64,000 bases of DNA. It comes from Candidatus Geohabitans tengchongensis. Its GTDB lineage: Bacteria > Sysuimicrobiota > Sysuimicrobiia > Sysuimicrobiales > Humicultoraceae. Location of the stretch: positions 73,174-137,173 of the forward strand of contig JAVKIH010000002.1 of assembly GCA_031459625.1 (NCBI GenBank), read 5' to 3'. How positions within the stretch are numbered: the first letter of the stretch is position 1; the number at the start of each line of letters is the position of its first letter. Shown here in pieces: positions 19,151 through 28,916 of this stretch. Below the pieces are notes generated by a model that saw nothing but the letters and a program-made list of their open reading frames with translations, did not search any database and was not told the DNA's origin. A program made the position numbers and the translations under genes.

Positions 19151-20215
19151 TCAGTCGTGGAAGGTCACCCAGAGCAAGAGGTAGGCCTCGATGGGGACCC
19201 CGTCGCGGCGCGCCGGGGCGAACCGCCAGCGACGCAGCCCCTCCACGGCGACCCGGTCGAGGGCAGGGTCACCGCTTGGCACCACGACCACGGCCTGGCC
19301 TACGGAGCCGTCGGTCCGCACGAGCAGCCGGACACGCAGCCGGCCGCGCACCGGCACCTGCTCCAGCGCGCTGACCTCCCCGGGACCCGCCGTTACCCGG
19401 CCGCGCAGCAGCGGGTGGAGCGGGGGAGCCTCCAGGACGGTGGGAGGCGTGAGCACGGAGAGAGGCGCCGGCGAGGGAACCGGTGCAGGGACGAGAGGCG
19501 GGGCTGCGGCCGGCGCTGAAGGAATGGCCTGCCCCGACTCGGCGCCCGGCGCCGGGGAGGCCGACGGCACGGGGTCGGCCGGCGAAGGCGATCCTGCGAC
19601 AGAACCCGGCGCTTCGGTGCTCTGCGGCTCCTGCGCGCTGGCGGGCGCGCTCCCCTGTCGTACGCTCCTCCCTGCGACACTCCCCGCGGCCGCACCCGGT
19701 CGGGCCCTGCGGGCCGCATGGGGCGCTGCGGAGCCCGCTGTGGCCCGAGGCTCCGGCCGTTGCGGCTGCGCCTGAGCCGGTGGCGCGACGTGCGGGCTGG
19801 CGCGCACGGAGACGCCGGGGACCGGTGCGGCCGGCGAGGACCGGCGATGCCGCTCCCGGGCCTGCACGTGCCGGGGGCGCTCCGGCACCGGCCCGGGTGC
19901 CACCCTGGACTGAGGTGTGGTCGCGCCGCCCGAGGGGAGTGCGGCCGACCGCCCTCCGGACGACGTCCCGGCGTCTGCTGTCCGGAGCGGCTGAGGGTGG
20001 CCTTCCTCTTCTGCCGTGGGCGGACGCAGGGCGGACGTCGGCCTATGGACGCGGGCTGACGGCGCCGCGGGCCGCACCGACGGCCCTGAAGGTGACCCGG
20101 GGAGATCACCGCCACTGCGCAGGGCCAGCGCCAGCACGCCCACGGCCAGGGCTGCACCGGCCAGCCACGCCCGCGACCGGGACCGCACCGCCGGCCCCAC
20201 TGCCGTGCGCGTCAC
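19151..20215 (-). CDS. tonB: Energy transducer TonB
   Basis: N-terminal TM helix, long Pro/Ala linker, C-domain SGDPALDRVAVEGLRRWRFAPARRDGVP. Confidence 0.8.
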   Translation of the reverse strand: MTRTAVGPAVRSRSRAWLAGAALAVGVLALALRSGGDLPGSPSGPSVRPAAPSARVHRPTSALRPPTAEEEGHPQPLRTADAGTSSGGRSAALPSGGATTPQSRVAPGPVPERPRHVQARERHRRSSPAAPVPGVSVRASPHVAPPAQAQPQRPEPRATAGSAAPHAARRARPGAAAGSVAGRSVRQGSAPASAQEPQSTEAPGSVAGSPSPADPVPSASPAPGAESGQAIPSAPAAAPPLVPAPVPSPAPLSVLTPPTVLEAPPLHPLLRGRVTAGPGEVSALEQVPVRGRLRVRLLVRTDGSVGQAVVVVPSGDPALDRVAVEGLRRWRFAPARRDGVPIEAYLLLWVTFHD

Positions 20216-20237
20216 CCTGCTGTGGGCATGGCCCGCC

Positions 20238-20837
20238 TCACGCCGTCCCGGGGGACCGGGCCGACGCCCGCAGGGCTGGCACCGTGCGCTCCAGGAGGGC
20301 GAAGCCGCCGAAGAGCAGGACGGTGAAGGCCAGGTCGCCCAACAGCGTGTTGCGGAAGAAGGGGAGCCCGGCCACGTACGCGGCGACGAGACCGGCCGCC
20401 GTCTTCGGGTAGAGCCCTCCGACGAGCCAGACCCCGAAGTTGGTCACCAGGAAGAAGAGCGTGGATGCCGCCAGCGAGGCCGCCACGAGCGGGGCAGGCC
20501 GGCGGCGGCCGCGCAACAGCCGTCCGATGAGGGCTGTGGCGGCCAGGGCGGCGTAGACGAAGGGGATCGTGGCGTGCAGGCCCAGGACCAGGTCGCTCAG
20601 CACCATGGCGCCCAGCGGGACCAGGACGGCCAGGCGCAGGTCGACGAACGCGGCCCCCCCGAAGAGGGCCATGGCCGCTACCGGGGTGACGTTCGGCGGG
20701 TGCGGGAGGAGGCGGGAGGCGGCCGCCGCCACGATCAGGAGGGCCACAGCCAGGTGGCGGGGAGCGAGGGCGGGCCTCCCCTGGCCCACGGGGCCCGGGA
20801 CCTCTTCGGACCGTCGTCCGAGCCATCCACGCATCAC
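20238..20837 (-). CDS. DUF6580-like membrane protein (putative vitamin transporter)
   Basis: RLLPHPPNVTPVAAMALFGG; FFLVTNFGVW; GLPFFRNTLLGD. Confidence 0.75.
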   Translation of the reverse strand: MMRGWLGRRSEEVPGPVGQGRPALAPRHLAVALLIVAAAASRLLPHPPNVTPVAAMALFGGAAFVDLRLAVLVPLGAMVLSDLVLGLHATIPFVYAALAATALIGRLLRGRRRPAPLVAASLAASTLFFLVTNFGVWLVGGLYPKTAAGLVAAYVAGLPFFRNTLLGDLAFTVLLFGGFALLERTVPALRASARSPGTA

Positions 20838-21592
20838 GTCCTCACCTCCACCCGAACTGCCGTCTCCGGGAGCTCGCCCGACTCGACCGGCGCGGCCGAC
20901 GCCGGCGGCTCCGAGACCGCGGCTCCGCCTGCCGGGAGCAGGTCGGCGAAGTGCCAGCGCCCCCGGGTGACCACCGCGCCCCGCTCCACGCGCACGCCAG
21001 GGCCGAGCCGCGGCCCGGCGGTGACGAAGGTGTGGAACTCCCCGCGCTCGCCGCAGGGGTCCACCCCCGGAGGCAGCGCGGCCAGCAAGGCCGCGTCGAA
21101 GGCGCGTCCGGCCCAGCTCCGGTCCAGGACCTCACCGTCGACGCACGTGACCACGGCGCGGCAGCCGTCGCGCACGAAGGTGCGGGCAGCCTCCGCCGTG
21201 TCGCGGCCCCAGATGGGGAAGACGGGCTCCAGGCCGAGCCGCGCCATCAGGGTCTCGCGGTAGGCGCGCACGTCCGCCAGGAAGAGGTCCCCGAAGGCCA
21301 CGCGGTGCAGGCCGCGGTCGCGCCATGGCGTCAAGGCCTCGGCCAACCGCGCCTCGTAGACCGCGTTGGTCGTCTCGGCGGGCAACACCACGGTCACCAG
21401 CGGGAGCTGCAGCGCCTGCGCCTGCTGCTCCACCAGGACGCGGCGCACGCCGTGCATGCTCACCCTATCGTACACCGCGGTGACGGTGGTGATGAGCGCC
21501 TGGACCCGTTCCCCCGCCGCCTCCAGGGCGAGCAGGGCCAGCAGGCTGTCCTTGCCGCCGCTCCAGGAGAGGAGGACCGCCGACGTCATCAC
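20834..21592 (-). CDS. Dph6/MJ0570-like adenine-nucleotide alpha-hydrolase (PP-loop)
   Basis: SWSGGKDS, FGDLFL, DPCGERGEFHTFV. Confidence 0.85.
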   Translation of the reverse strand: MMTSAVLLSWSGGKDSLLALLALEAAGERVQALITTVTAVYDRVSMHGVRRVLVEQQAQALQLPLVTVVLPAETTNAVYEARLAEALTPWRDRGLHRVAFGDLFLADVRAYRETLMARLGLEPVFPIWGRDTAEAARTFVRDGCRAVVTCVDGEVLDRSWAGRAFDAALLAALPPGVDPCGERGEFHTFVTAGPRLGPGVRVERGAVVTRGRWHFADLLPAGGAAVSEPPASAAPVESGELPETAVRVEVRT

Positions 21593-21602
21593 CCGCCTCA
21601 GC

Positions 21603-23408
21603 TCAGAACCGCCCGCCCACCTGCAGGTAGACGGTGCGCCCGGGCGCGGGGAACCCGGCGAGCGGCTCGTAGCGCGCGTCGAAGAGGTTGTCCACCCCCG
21701 CCCGCCAGACCACGTCGCCGGCCACGTGCTCGGCGCGCAGGCCCACGGTCAGGTACGGCGGCAGCGTCACCCGTGTCGCCGGGAAGGTGGAGAAGTCCAG
21801 GTCGGGCCGGGCCCCCACGTAGGCGGCCACGAGCCCCAGCGTGGTGGCGGGCGCGACCGCAAATCGCAGCGCGAGGGCCGCCTGCCAGGCCGGCTGTCGG
21901 AGCAGGGCCTGCCCGGTCGTGCGGTCCACGGCATCGGTCCAGGTGAGGGTGAGGGTGCCGCTCCACGGGCCCGCCGCTCGCAGGACCAGGTCCGCGGAGG
22001 CGCCGGCGATGCGCGCCGACCCCACGTTCTGGGGCGGGCATCCCCCGAGGATCAGGTCCTGCGCGTCGGTGTAGAAGGTGTTGAGGCGCAGGAGCGTCCC
22101 CGGCCGCAGGACCACCTCCACGCCCAGGTCGGCGGCCCAGGCCTGCTCCGGGCGCAGGTTGGGGTTGCTGCAGCCGGGGAAGAAGAGCTCCCCCATCGTT
22201 GGAGCCCGGGAGGTCCGTCCCACCCCGCCGCGCAGCCGCACCACCGGCGAGAGGAAGTGCACGAAGCCCAGGCGCGGGTTCACCTGGAGGCCGTAGGCGG
22301 AGTGGTGCTCCAGCCGCAGACCCAGGCCGGCGAGGGTGCGGTCGCCCAGCATCCCGTCGAGCTGGCCGTAGGCGGCGGCGGTGGTCGTGCGGGCGTCGAA
22401 GGCCGAGAAGGTGTCGCGGTAGGCGAAGGTGGCCTGTTGCCACTCCACGCCCCACCCGAGCACACCCGTCCCGTGCGCGTGCGAGGCCTGCCAGGTGCCT
22501 CCCCAGGCCTGGCCCCGGCTCGTGCTGGCGAATCCCGGCGAGGTGAAGTCGAGGCTGTCGCCCAGCCACCAGACCCGCCCCAGGCGGAGGCCGTCTGCGC
22601 CTTCCCGTGTCCAGGCGAGCGCCGCTGCCGTGCGGGCGTCGCGCAGGCGGTCTGCAGGCGTCGGGAACGCCGTGGTCCCCGGCAGGCCCGCCTCCCCGGC
22701 GCTGTGGTGCAGGGTGAGGGCCAGGCGACCCGCACCGGCGTCCCGCTCCCACCGCGCCACGCCGGTCCAGCGCGTGCCGTCGCCGTTGGGCCGGTAGCCG
22801 GCGGTGGCCAGGCGTTCCACCCCCAGCCGCACCATGCCCGCATCGGTGTCGGCGCCGAGGCGCAGCACGCCCTGCGTCGTCCCGTGGCTGGCCGCCATGC
22901 CCTGCGCCGATGGACGGGCGTCCCGGCGTGTCGTCACGCTGATGACGGCGAAGCCGCTGTGGAGCGCCGCGTAGGGGCCGCGCACGACCTCGATCCGGTC
23001 CACCTCCGCCAGCGTGATGGTGCCCAGGGAGACGCCGAACTGGGCCGTGGCGCCCAGCGGCACACCGTTCAGCAGGACGTGAACCTGCTGGGGGGTGCTG
23101 CCGCGGACCGAGGGCTGGTGCAGGCTCATCGTGCCGCCGCCCGCGGAGCGCACGGTGACCTCGGCCAGCAGCGTGAGCGCCTCAGCGAGGGTCAGGAAGC
23201 CCATGCGCCGCAGCTCCTCCCCGGAGAGGACGGTCACGTAGGCTGGCGTGGTGGCGCTGTGCTGGGGGCGGAGGCCGGGGACGACCACCTCCTCCCCTTC
23301 GAACGTGGGGATCTGCCCACGGGCGGGCGCCGTGCCTGACGCGAGCACGAGGAGCAAGAGCAGCGCGCCCGCAGTGGGTCTGCGGGCGCGCGGGGCCAGA
23401 CGTCCCAT
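21603..23408 (-). CDS. btuB: TonB-dependent receptor, probably cobalamin
   Basis: Signal peptide, plug IEVVRGPYAALH, barrel ending NLFD...PGRTVYLQVGGRF; cobalamin riboswitch upstream. Confidence 0.85.
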   Translation of the reverse strand: MGRLAPRARRPTAGALLLLLVLASGTAPARGQIPTFEGEEVVVPGLRPQHSATTPAYVTVLSGEELRRMGFLTLAEALTLLAEVTVRSAGGGTMSLHQPSVRGSTPQQVHVLLNGVPLGATAQFGVSLGTITLAEVDRIEVVRGPYAALHSGFAVISVTTRRDARPSAQGMAASHGTTQGVLRLGADTDAGMVRLGVERLATAGYRPNGDGTRWTGVARWERDAGAGRLALTLHHSAGEAGLPGTTAFPTPADRLRDARTAAALAWTREGADGLRLGRVWWLGDSLDFTSPGFASTSRGQAWGGTWQASHAHGTGVLGWGVEWQQATFAYRDTFSAFDARTTTAAAYGQLDGMLGDRTLAGLGLRLEHHSAYGLQVNPRLGFVHFLSPVVRLRGGVGRTSRAPTMGELFFPGCSNPNLRPEQAWAADLGVEVVLRPGTLLRLNTFYTDAQDLILGGCPPQNVGSARIAGASADLVLRAAGPWSGTLTLTWTDAVDRTTGQALLRQPAWQAALALRFAVAPATTLGLVAAYVGARPDLDFSTFPATRVTLPPYLTVGLRAEHVAGDVVWRAGVDNLFDARYEPLAGFPAPGRTVYLQVGGRF

Positions 23409-23481
23409 CGAGCCCACCTCCCTTTCCGCGAAGGTCGAGGGCGCCGCTCCGCGGGTCCCGTGGACCACGGCGGGCGGTGGG

Positions 23482-23684
23482 CACAGGCAGGTCTTCTGGC
23501 TCCGGATCCTCGCACGCTCCCGGCCTTCCCAGGCGCAGGGCCCAGTGGCGCCGACCGCCCCCCGCGAGGGCGACCGGCATGGGAGCGCACTCTCCGTTAC
23601 AGCGGCGGGACCGCGCCGGACTTCCCGGATCTTCCGGGGCACCGGCTTCCCTATTCTGACGGAGGCGGACCTCCGTCCACCTGT
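23482..23684 (-). ncRNA. Cobalamin riboswitch
   Basis: AATAGGGAAGCCGGTG...AAGTCCGGCGCGGTCCCGCCGCTGTAA...GCCACTG...GGGAAGG...GAGCCAGAAGACCTGCC. Confidence 0.93.
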
Positions 23685-23830
23685 GCCGCGTGCGGTTCAT
23701 TTCACCGTCGTCCCCGGTGGGTCCTGCCGCGCGGGGCCTGGCAGGGGCTGCCGCGCGGGGCGGGGCCAACCGCATGGGGCCCGGGGAGTGCTGCCGCGCC
23801 GTGCGCGGTGATCCGGCCGCAGCCCCGCGC

Positions 23831-24760
23831 TCAGCCGCGCCGGCGGACCGTCACGAGCACGGGACCGACGGTGAAGGTGTCGCGGCTGACGACCACCTCG
23901 ACCCCGACCGGACGGTCGAGGCGGTCGAGCTCGGCCACCAGGCGGCGGACGTCGTCGATGGCGGCCTGCACCACCGGCGGGTCGGTGATGCGCGCGAACG
24001 GCGGCGAGAGCACGCGGCGGCGGGCCGGCTCCGCCGAGCGCTCCACCAGCTCGAGCACCTGCCGGCCGATCTCCTCCCGGCGGGCCCGCCCGTCCACCGT
24101 CCCGCGCAGGAGCACCGTGCCGCGGCGGAAGGCCAGCACGTTGTCGAGGAGCTGGATGTAGACCTCCAGGGGCTCCCCGCGCAGCGTGTTCTGGTTGGCG
24201 ACGATGCGGACGACCGTCTCCCCCGGGTGCGTGCGGACCAGCTCGGCCACCCGGTCCCAGGTGAGGCGCGGGGGGAAGAGGATAAGCACCGAGCCGGTCT
24301 GCCCGTCCACCCCGATGCCGTTCTCCAGGGCCAGGTCCACCGCGCGCAGCCGCAGCAGGTCCACTGCGGCCTGGACCCGGACGAGCGGGAGACGCCCGTC
24401 CACGAGCCCCCGCAGGACCTCCTGGTTGGTGAGGTAGGCGATGTCGCCGCCCTTGAGCTGCCGCAGCCGCGCCTCCGCCTGGTCGATCTCCCCTTCCAGG
24501 CGGGCGGTCTGTGCCTGCAGCTCGCGGAAGCGGAAAAGGGCCGTCCGCGCGTCGGCGGAGACGAGCAGCACGGCGGCCAGGGTCACCAGCGCGATGAGCA
24601 TCCCGGAGACCACCGTGATCACCTGCGCCGTGCGGCGAGGTCGCAGGCCGAAGAGCGTGAGGCGGCGGCGGCCGATGTTGCGCCCGACCAGGTTGCCGAT
24701 GTAGGCGATGGCCCCGCTGACGAGGATGAGGAGGGGGACGAGGATCAGGCCGAACTCCAT
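23831..24760 (-). CDS. DUF3084 domain membrane protein
   Basis: GAIAYIGNLVGRNIGRRRLTLFGLRPRRTA followed by a coiled coil. Confidence 0.85.
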   Translation of the reverse strand: MEFGLILVPLLILVSGAIAYIGNLVGRNIGRRRLTLFGLRPRRTAQVITVVSGMLIALVTLAAVLLVSADARTALFRFRELQAQTARLEGEIDQAEARLRQLKGGDIAYLTNQEVLRGLVDGRLPLVRVQAAVDLLRLRAVDLALENGIGVDGQTGSVLILFPPRLTWDRVAELVRTHPGETVVRIVANQNTLRGEPLEVYIQLLDNVLAFRRGTVLLRGTVDGRARREEIGRQVLELVERSAEPARRRVLSPPFARITDPPVVQAAIDDVRRLVAELDRLDRPVGVEVVVSRDTFTVGPVLVTVRRRG

Positions 24761-24764
24761 AGTG

Positions 24765-25514
24765 CTAGCGCCCTCCGCCCTCCCCCGGCCGCGTCACGCC
24801 CCCGGGTGGCGCCCCAGGCCCGGCCGTGCGCACCAGGCGGCGCACCAGGCGCAGGTAGGCCGTGACCTCGTGCAGGTCCAGCTTGCTGCGCCCCGCCACC
24901 CGGTCGACGAAGGTGTAGGGGACTTCCACGACCCGCAGCGCGCGGTGGCGCGAGAGCACCTCCAGCAGGATCTTGAACCCCAGCGCCCAGTAGTCGGCGC
25001 CCGCCAGGACCTCACGACGGGCGGCGAAGAAGCCCGAGAGCGGGTCGCGCACCTCGAGGCGCAGCAGCGCCCGGGCGGTGGCGGTGGCCACGAGGCTGGC
25101 CAGCCGCCGGGGCCAGGGCCAGCCGACGATGCGCCCGCTGGTCACGTACCGCGACCCCACCGCCACGTCGGCCCCCGTGCGCAGCGCCGCGACGAGCGCC
25201 GGGATGGTCTGGGGCGGGTGGGAGCCGTCGGCGTCCATCACCACGACCACCTCGCCCCGCGCCACCGTGGCCCCGGCCACGACGGCGGAGCTCAGGCCCA
25301 GCTTGCTGCTGCGGCGCAGGACGCGCACGGCGAGCCCGTCGACGCCGTCCAGGGCGGCCGCCGCCTCGGCGGTGCCGTCGGGTGAGGCGTCGTCGACCAC
25401 GACGGCCTCCAGGCGCAGGGCCGGGGCGAGCGTGGCCAGCTCCCGCAGGAGGACCGGAAGGGTGGCGCGCTCGTTGTAGGTCGGCAGGACGACCGTGGTG
25501 AGCGCCTCGGCCAT
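24765..25514 (-). CDS. GT2 polyprenol-phosphate glycosyltransferase (Dpm1-like)
   Basis: VVLPTYNE, VDDASPDGT, MDADGSH, GSRY, DPLSGFFA. Confidence 0.9.
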   Translation of the reverse strand: MAEALTTVVLPTYNERATLPVLLRELATLAPALRLEAVVVDDASPDGTAEAAAALDGVDGLAVRVLRRSSKLGLSSAVVAGATVARGEVVVVMDADGSHPPQTIPALVAALRTGADVAVGSRYVTSGRIVGWPWPRRLASLVATATARALLRLEVRDPLSGFFAARREVLAGADYWALGFKILLEVLSRHRALRVVEVPYTFVDRVAGRSKLDLHEVTAYLRLVRRLVRTAGPGAPPGGVTRPGEGGGR

Positions 25515-27127
25515 CACGACCCGCCCTCGGTACACGCGCGGCGCTTCTCCAGCACCATCGCCTCGCCGTGCCGCCACACCGGCCGCGCCACGTCGGCGAG
25601 CGGCTCCCCCCAGGCCCGGTAGACCGACGGCTTGGTGACGACCAGCACCGGGCCGGGAGCGCACACCGCCTGCCGGGTGGCCCTGGCATCCCAGGTCCAC
25701 TCGACCTGTCGGTCGGTGTAGTAGACGAGCGAAGCCCACACGCTCACATCCGCCCCCACCACACGCGTCTGCGGCCTCAGCCGGGCATGCACGACCGCGG
25801 CCGCCGGCTGGGCGAACTTCAGCGCCTCCGCCTGCGGCACCACCCACGTGACCGTCCCGAGGAGCACGGCCGCTGTGGCCAGCGCGAGGACCGGCCCGGA
25901 GGCCCGGGGGCCCACCATGCGGTGCAGCAGGGCGGCCAGCAGCCCCGAGGCGGCCAGCAGCGCCAGCACGCCCCGGATGGCCGGGGCGGTGAGGGTCAGC
26001 TCGGTCGGGTATTTCAGGCGGCCGAAGAGGAGCACGAGGAGGGTCAGCGCGAGCATGATGGGGACGAGCGCGGCGAAGCCCCACCCCAGAAGGCGCCGCT
26101 CCAGCCCCCCAGCGGTCACCGCCCCGGCCCACAGGCGGCCGACGGCGATGGCCAGGGCGGGGAAGACCGGCAGGATGTAGTTGGGGAGCTTCGTCCCGGC
26201 CAGCGAGAAGAAGAGGAGCGGGGCGGCGATCCACACCAGGAGCAGGGCAGCGGCGGCCTCGCGGCGGTTCACCCACAGCCAGCGCAGCGCCGGCAGGAGG
26301 AAGGCCGACCAGGGAAACGCCCCGATCAGCAGGACCGGGACATAGTAGTACCAGGGGCCGGGCTGGTTCTCCACCACCCCCACGAAGCGCGTGATCAGGT
26401 AGTAGCCGACGGCCGACTGCAGGAAGGCCGTCCCGTGGCGGACCGTCTCGACCGCGTACCAGCTCGAGCCCACGAGGCCGTAGAGGAGGAGGGCATCCGG
26501 CGGCACCTCCCGCCACCGCTCCCGCCACTCCCCCCGGACCACCCACCACAGCCCCAGGACCATCACGGGCAGGAGCACACCGACGGGTCCCTTGGTGAGC
26601 GTGGCCAGGCCGGCGAAGAAGAACATCCACCGGTAGGCCCGGCGGCGGGCGCGGCGCGGGCCCTCGGTGGCCCGCACCCCGGCCGCGAGCGCCAGCAGCA
26701 GCCAGGCCAGCAGCGGCATGTCCAGCAGCCCCAGCCGGGCCAGCGCGAAGACCTCCAGCGTCGTGGCCAGCACCACGCCCGCGGCGACGCCGGCCGGCGG
26801 GCCGTAGAGGTGCGCCCCCAGGTGCGCCGTGGTCACGACGGCCGCCACTCCCGCCAGCGCCGACCAGATGCGGGCGGTCCACTCGCTTAAGCCCAAAAGC
26901 GCGCCTGTGGCGGCCTGGAGCCACATGACGAGCGGCGGGTGGACGAACCACGGCGCCCCGTTGGCGTAGAGGGTGTAGAGCTCCCCCCGTCGGGCCACCT
27001 CGCGGGCGATGTGGGCGTACTTGGCCTCGTCCTGGTCCCACAGCGTTCCGGCTCCGAGCCGCCAGAGGAAGAGGAGGGCGGCCAGGACGGCCACCAGGAC
27101 CAGGCCGCGCCTCACCGGGCCCGCCAC
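25514..27127 (-). CDS. ArnT/PMT family (GT-C) glycosyltransferase
   Basis: WDQDEAKYA, HPPL, LTKGPVG, TKLPNYILP; multiple TM helices. Confidence 0.88.
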   Translation of the reverse strand: MAGPVRRGLVLVAVLAALLFLWRLGAGTLWDQDEAKYAHIAREVARRGELYTLYANGAPWFVHPPLVMWLQAATGALLGLSEWTARIWSALAGVAAVVTTAHLGAHLYGPPAGVAAGVVLATTLEVFALARLGLLDMPLLAWLLLALAAGVRATEGPRRARRRAYRWMFFFAGLATLTKGPVGVLLPVMVLGLWWVVRGEWRERWREVPPDALLLYGLVGSSWYAVETVRHGTAFLQSAVGYYLITRFVGVVENQPGPWYYYVPVLLIGAFPWSAFLLPALRWLWVNRREAAAALLLVWIAAPLLFFSLAGTKLPNYILPVFPALAIAVGRLWAGAVTAGGLERRLLGWGFAALVPIMLALTLLVLLFGRLKYPTELTLTAPAIRGVLALLAASGLLAALLHRMVGPRASGPVLALATAAVLLGTVTWVVPQAEALKFAQPAAAVVHARLRPQTRVVGADVSVWASLVYYTDRQVEWTWDARATRQAVCAPGPVLVVTKPSVYRAWGEPLADVARPVWRHGEAMVLEKRRACTEGGS

Positions 27128-28182
27128 AGCAGCACCCCGGCCACCCCGCCCGTGATCAGGTTGGGCGCCCAGGCGGCGAGCACCGGCGGGAGGCGCTCCG
27201 TCTGTCCCAGCGCCAGGGTGGTGTTCAGCAGGACGTAGTAGCCGATGAGGATGACGACGGTGATGCCCAGCCCCAGCGCCGCCCCGCCGCGGTGGGGGCG
27301 CAGGCCGAGGGGCACCGCCAGCAGGGCGAAGATGACCGCACTGGCGGGGAAGGCCACGCGGGAGTGGAGCCAGACCACGTACTGGGCCACGGACTCGCTG
27401 GCGCGGCGCAGGACGGCGATGTAGGCGCGCAGCTCGCGGATGGTCATCTCCGAGGGGTCCTTGCGGCCGAGCAGGATCTCCCGCGGCGTACGCCGCAGCT
27501 CCACGGCCATCCGCGCGAAGGCCGCCCGCACCGTCGTCGGCCCGTCCAGCGCGTAGAGGGTCCCCCGCAGGAACTCCCAGCCGGCCCCCTGGCGGTAGCG
27601 CGCCTCCTCGGCCTCGATCACCCGCCGCAGGCGCCCCTCCTGGAACTCGTTCACGGTGAGGTGGCGCAGCACCGAGGCGTCCTCGCCGAAGCTGCGGGCG
27701 TAGAAGATGGAGACGCGCTCCCCGATCTCCTCGCGGAAGAGGATGTGGCTCCCCGCCACGCGCGGCGCCCCGGTGGCGTCGGCGAAGGCCCGGTTGTGCC
27801 GGTCCTCGCTCACCGGGACCACGGTCTCGGCCAGGAGGATGGTGAGGCCCGCCACCAGGACCGCCGTCACCACCACCGGCCCGGCCACGCGCAGCAGGCT
27901 GATGCCGCTCGTGCGCATCGCCACCACCTCGTTGCGCTCGGAGAGGCGGCCGAAGGCGAGCAGCGTGCCGAGCAGCAGGCCCATGGGCAGCGAGAAGACC
28001 ACGGCGTAGGGGACGCGCAGGAGGAGCAGGTGCAGGATCGTGCCCGGCGGCAGCTGCTGGTGCAGGGTGATGCGGGCCAGCAGGAAGAGGTGGTTCACCA
28101 GCAGGAACGTGGCGAAGACGGCCACGCCGAAGGCGAAGGGGCTGGCCACCTCGCGCACGACGTACCGGTCGAGGATGCGCAT
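27112..28182 (-). CDS. LPS export permease LptF/LptG
   Basis: MRILDRYV, NEVVAMRTSGIS, AAWAPN. Confidence 0.9.
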   Translation of the reverse strand: MRILDRYVVREVASPFAFGVAVFATFLLVNHLFLLARITLHQQLPPGTILHLLLLRVPYAVVFSLPMGLLLGTLLAFGRLSERNEVVAMRTSGISLLRVAGPVVVTAVLVAGLTILLAETVVPVSEDRHNRAFADATGAPRVAGSHILFREEIGERVSIFYARSFGEDASVLRHLTVNEFQEGRLRRVIEAEEARYRQGAGWEFLRGTLYALDGPTTVRAAFARMAVELRRTPREILLGRKDPSEMTIRELRAYIAVLRRASESVAQYVVWLHSRVAFPASAVIFALLAVPLGLRPHRGGAALGLGITVVILIGYYVLLNTTLALGQTERLPPVLAAWAPNLITGGVAGVLLWRAR

Positions 28183-28185
28183 GGG

Positions 28186-28902
28186 TTACAGGCGGAAGCG
28201 CTCGCCCAGGTAGAAGCGCCGCGCCTCCTCGCTGGCCATGATCTCCTGGGCCGTCCCGGCGAAGAGGATCCGCCCCTCGTAGATGATGAGCGCCCGGTCG
28301 GTGATGGCCAGCGTGTCGCGCACGTTGTGGTCGGTGACGACCACGCCCAGGCCGCGGCGGCGCAGGTAGAGGACGATCTCCTGGATGTCGGCCACCGACT
28401 TCGGGTCGATGCCGGTGAAGGGCTCGTCGAGCAGGATGTAGGCGGGGGCCATGGCCAGGACCCGGGCGATCTCCACGCGGCGCCGCTCGCCCCCCGACAG
28501 CGTCGCCCCCAGCTGCCGGCGGAGCGGCGTGAGGTGGAACTCCTCGAGGAGCCTGTCCAGCGTCTCACGCCGCTCCGCCGGCCGCTGCCCGTTCGCCTCG
28601 AGCACCATCAGGATGTTCTCCTCCACGGTGAGGCCACGGAAGACGGAGGGCTCCTGGGCCAGGTAGCCGATGCCCAGGCGGGCGCGCTGGTGCACCGGCA
28701 GCCCGGTCAGGTTGTGCCGGTCCAGCCACACCTCACCGGCGTTGGGCGGCACCAGACCCACGATCATGTAGAAGGTCGTCGTCTTGCCGGCGCCGTTCGG
28801 GCCCAGCACGCCCAGGATCTCGCCCCGCTCCACCTGCAGGGAGACCCCGTCCACGACGGTGCGGGGGCCGTAGCGCTTCACCAGGTTGCGGGCCGCCAGC
28901 AT
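28186..28902 (-). CDS. lptB: LPS export ATPase
   Basis: GPNGAGKTTTFYMIVG, LSGGERRRVEIAR, DEPFTGIDP, TDHNVRDTL, YLGERF. Confidence 0.95.
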   Translation of the reverse strand: MLAARNLVKRYGPRTVVDGVSLQVERGEILGVLGPNGAGKTTTFYMIVGLVPPNAGEVWLDRHNLTGLPVHQRARLGIGYLAQEPSVFRGLTVEENILMVLEANGQRPAERRETLDRLLEEFHLTPLRRQLGATLSGGERRRVEIARVLAMAPAYILLDEPFTGIDPKSVADIQEIVLYLRRRGLGVVVTDHNVRDTLAITDRALIIYEGRILFAGTAQEIMASEEARRFYLGERFRL

Positions 28903-28916
28903 CGCTCGACTCCTGC

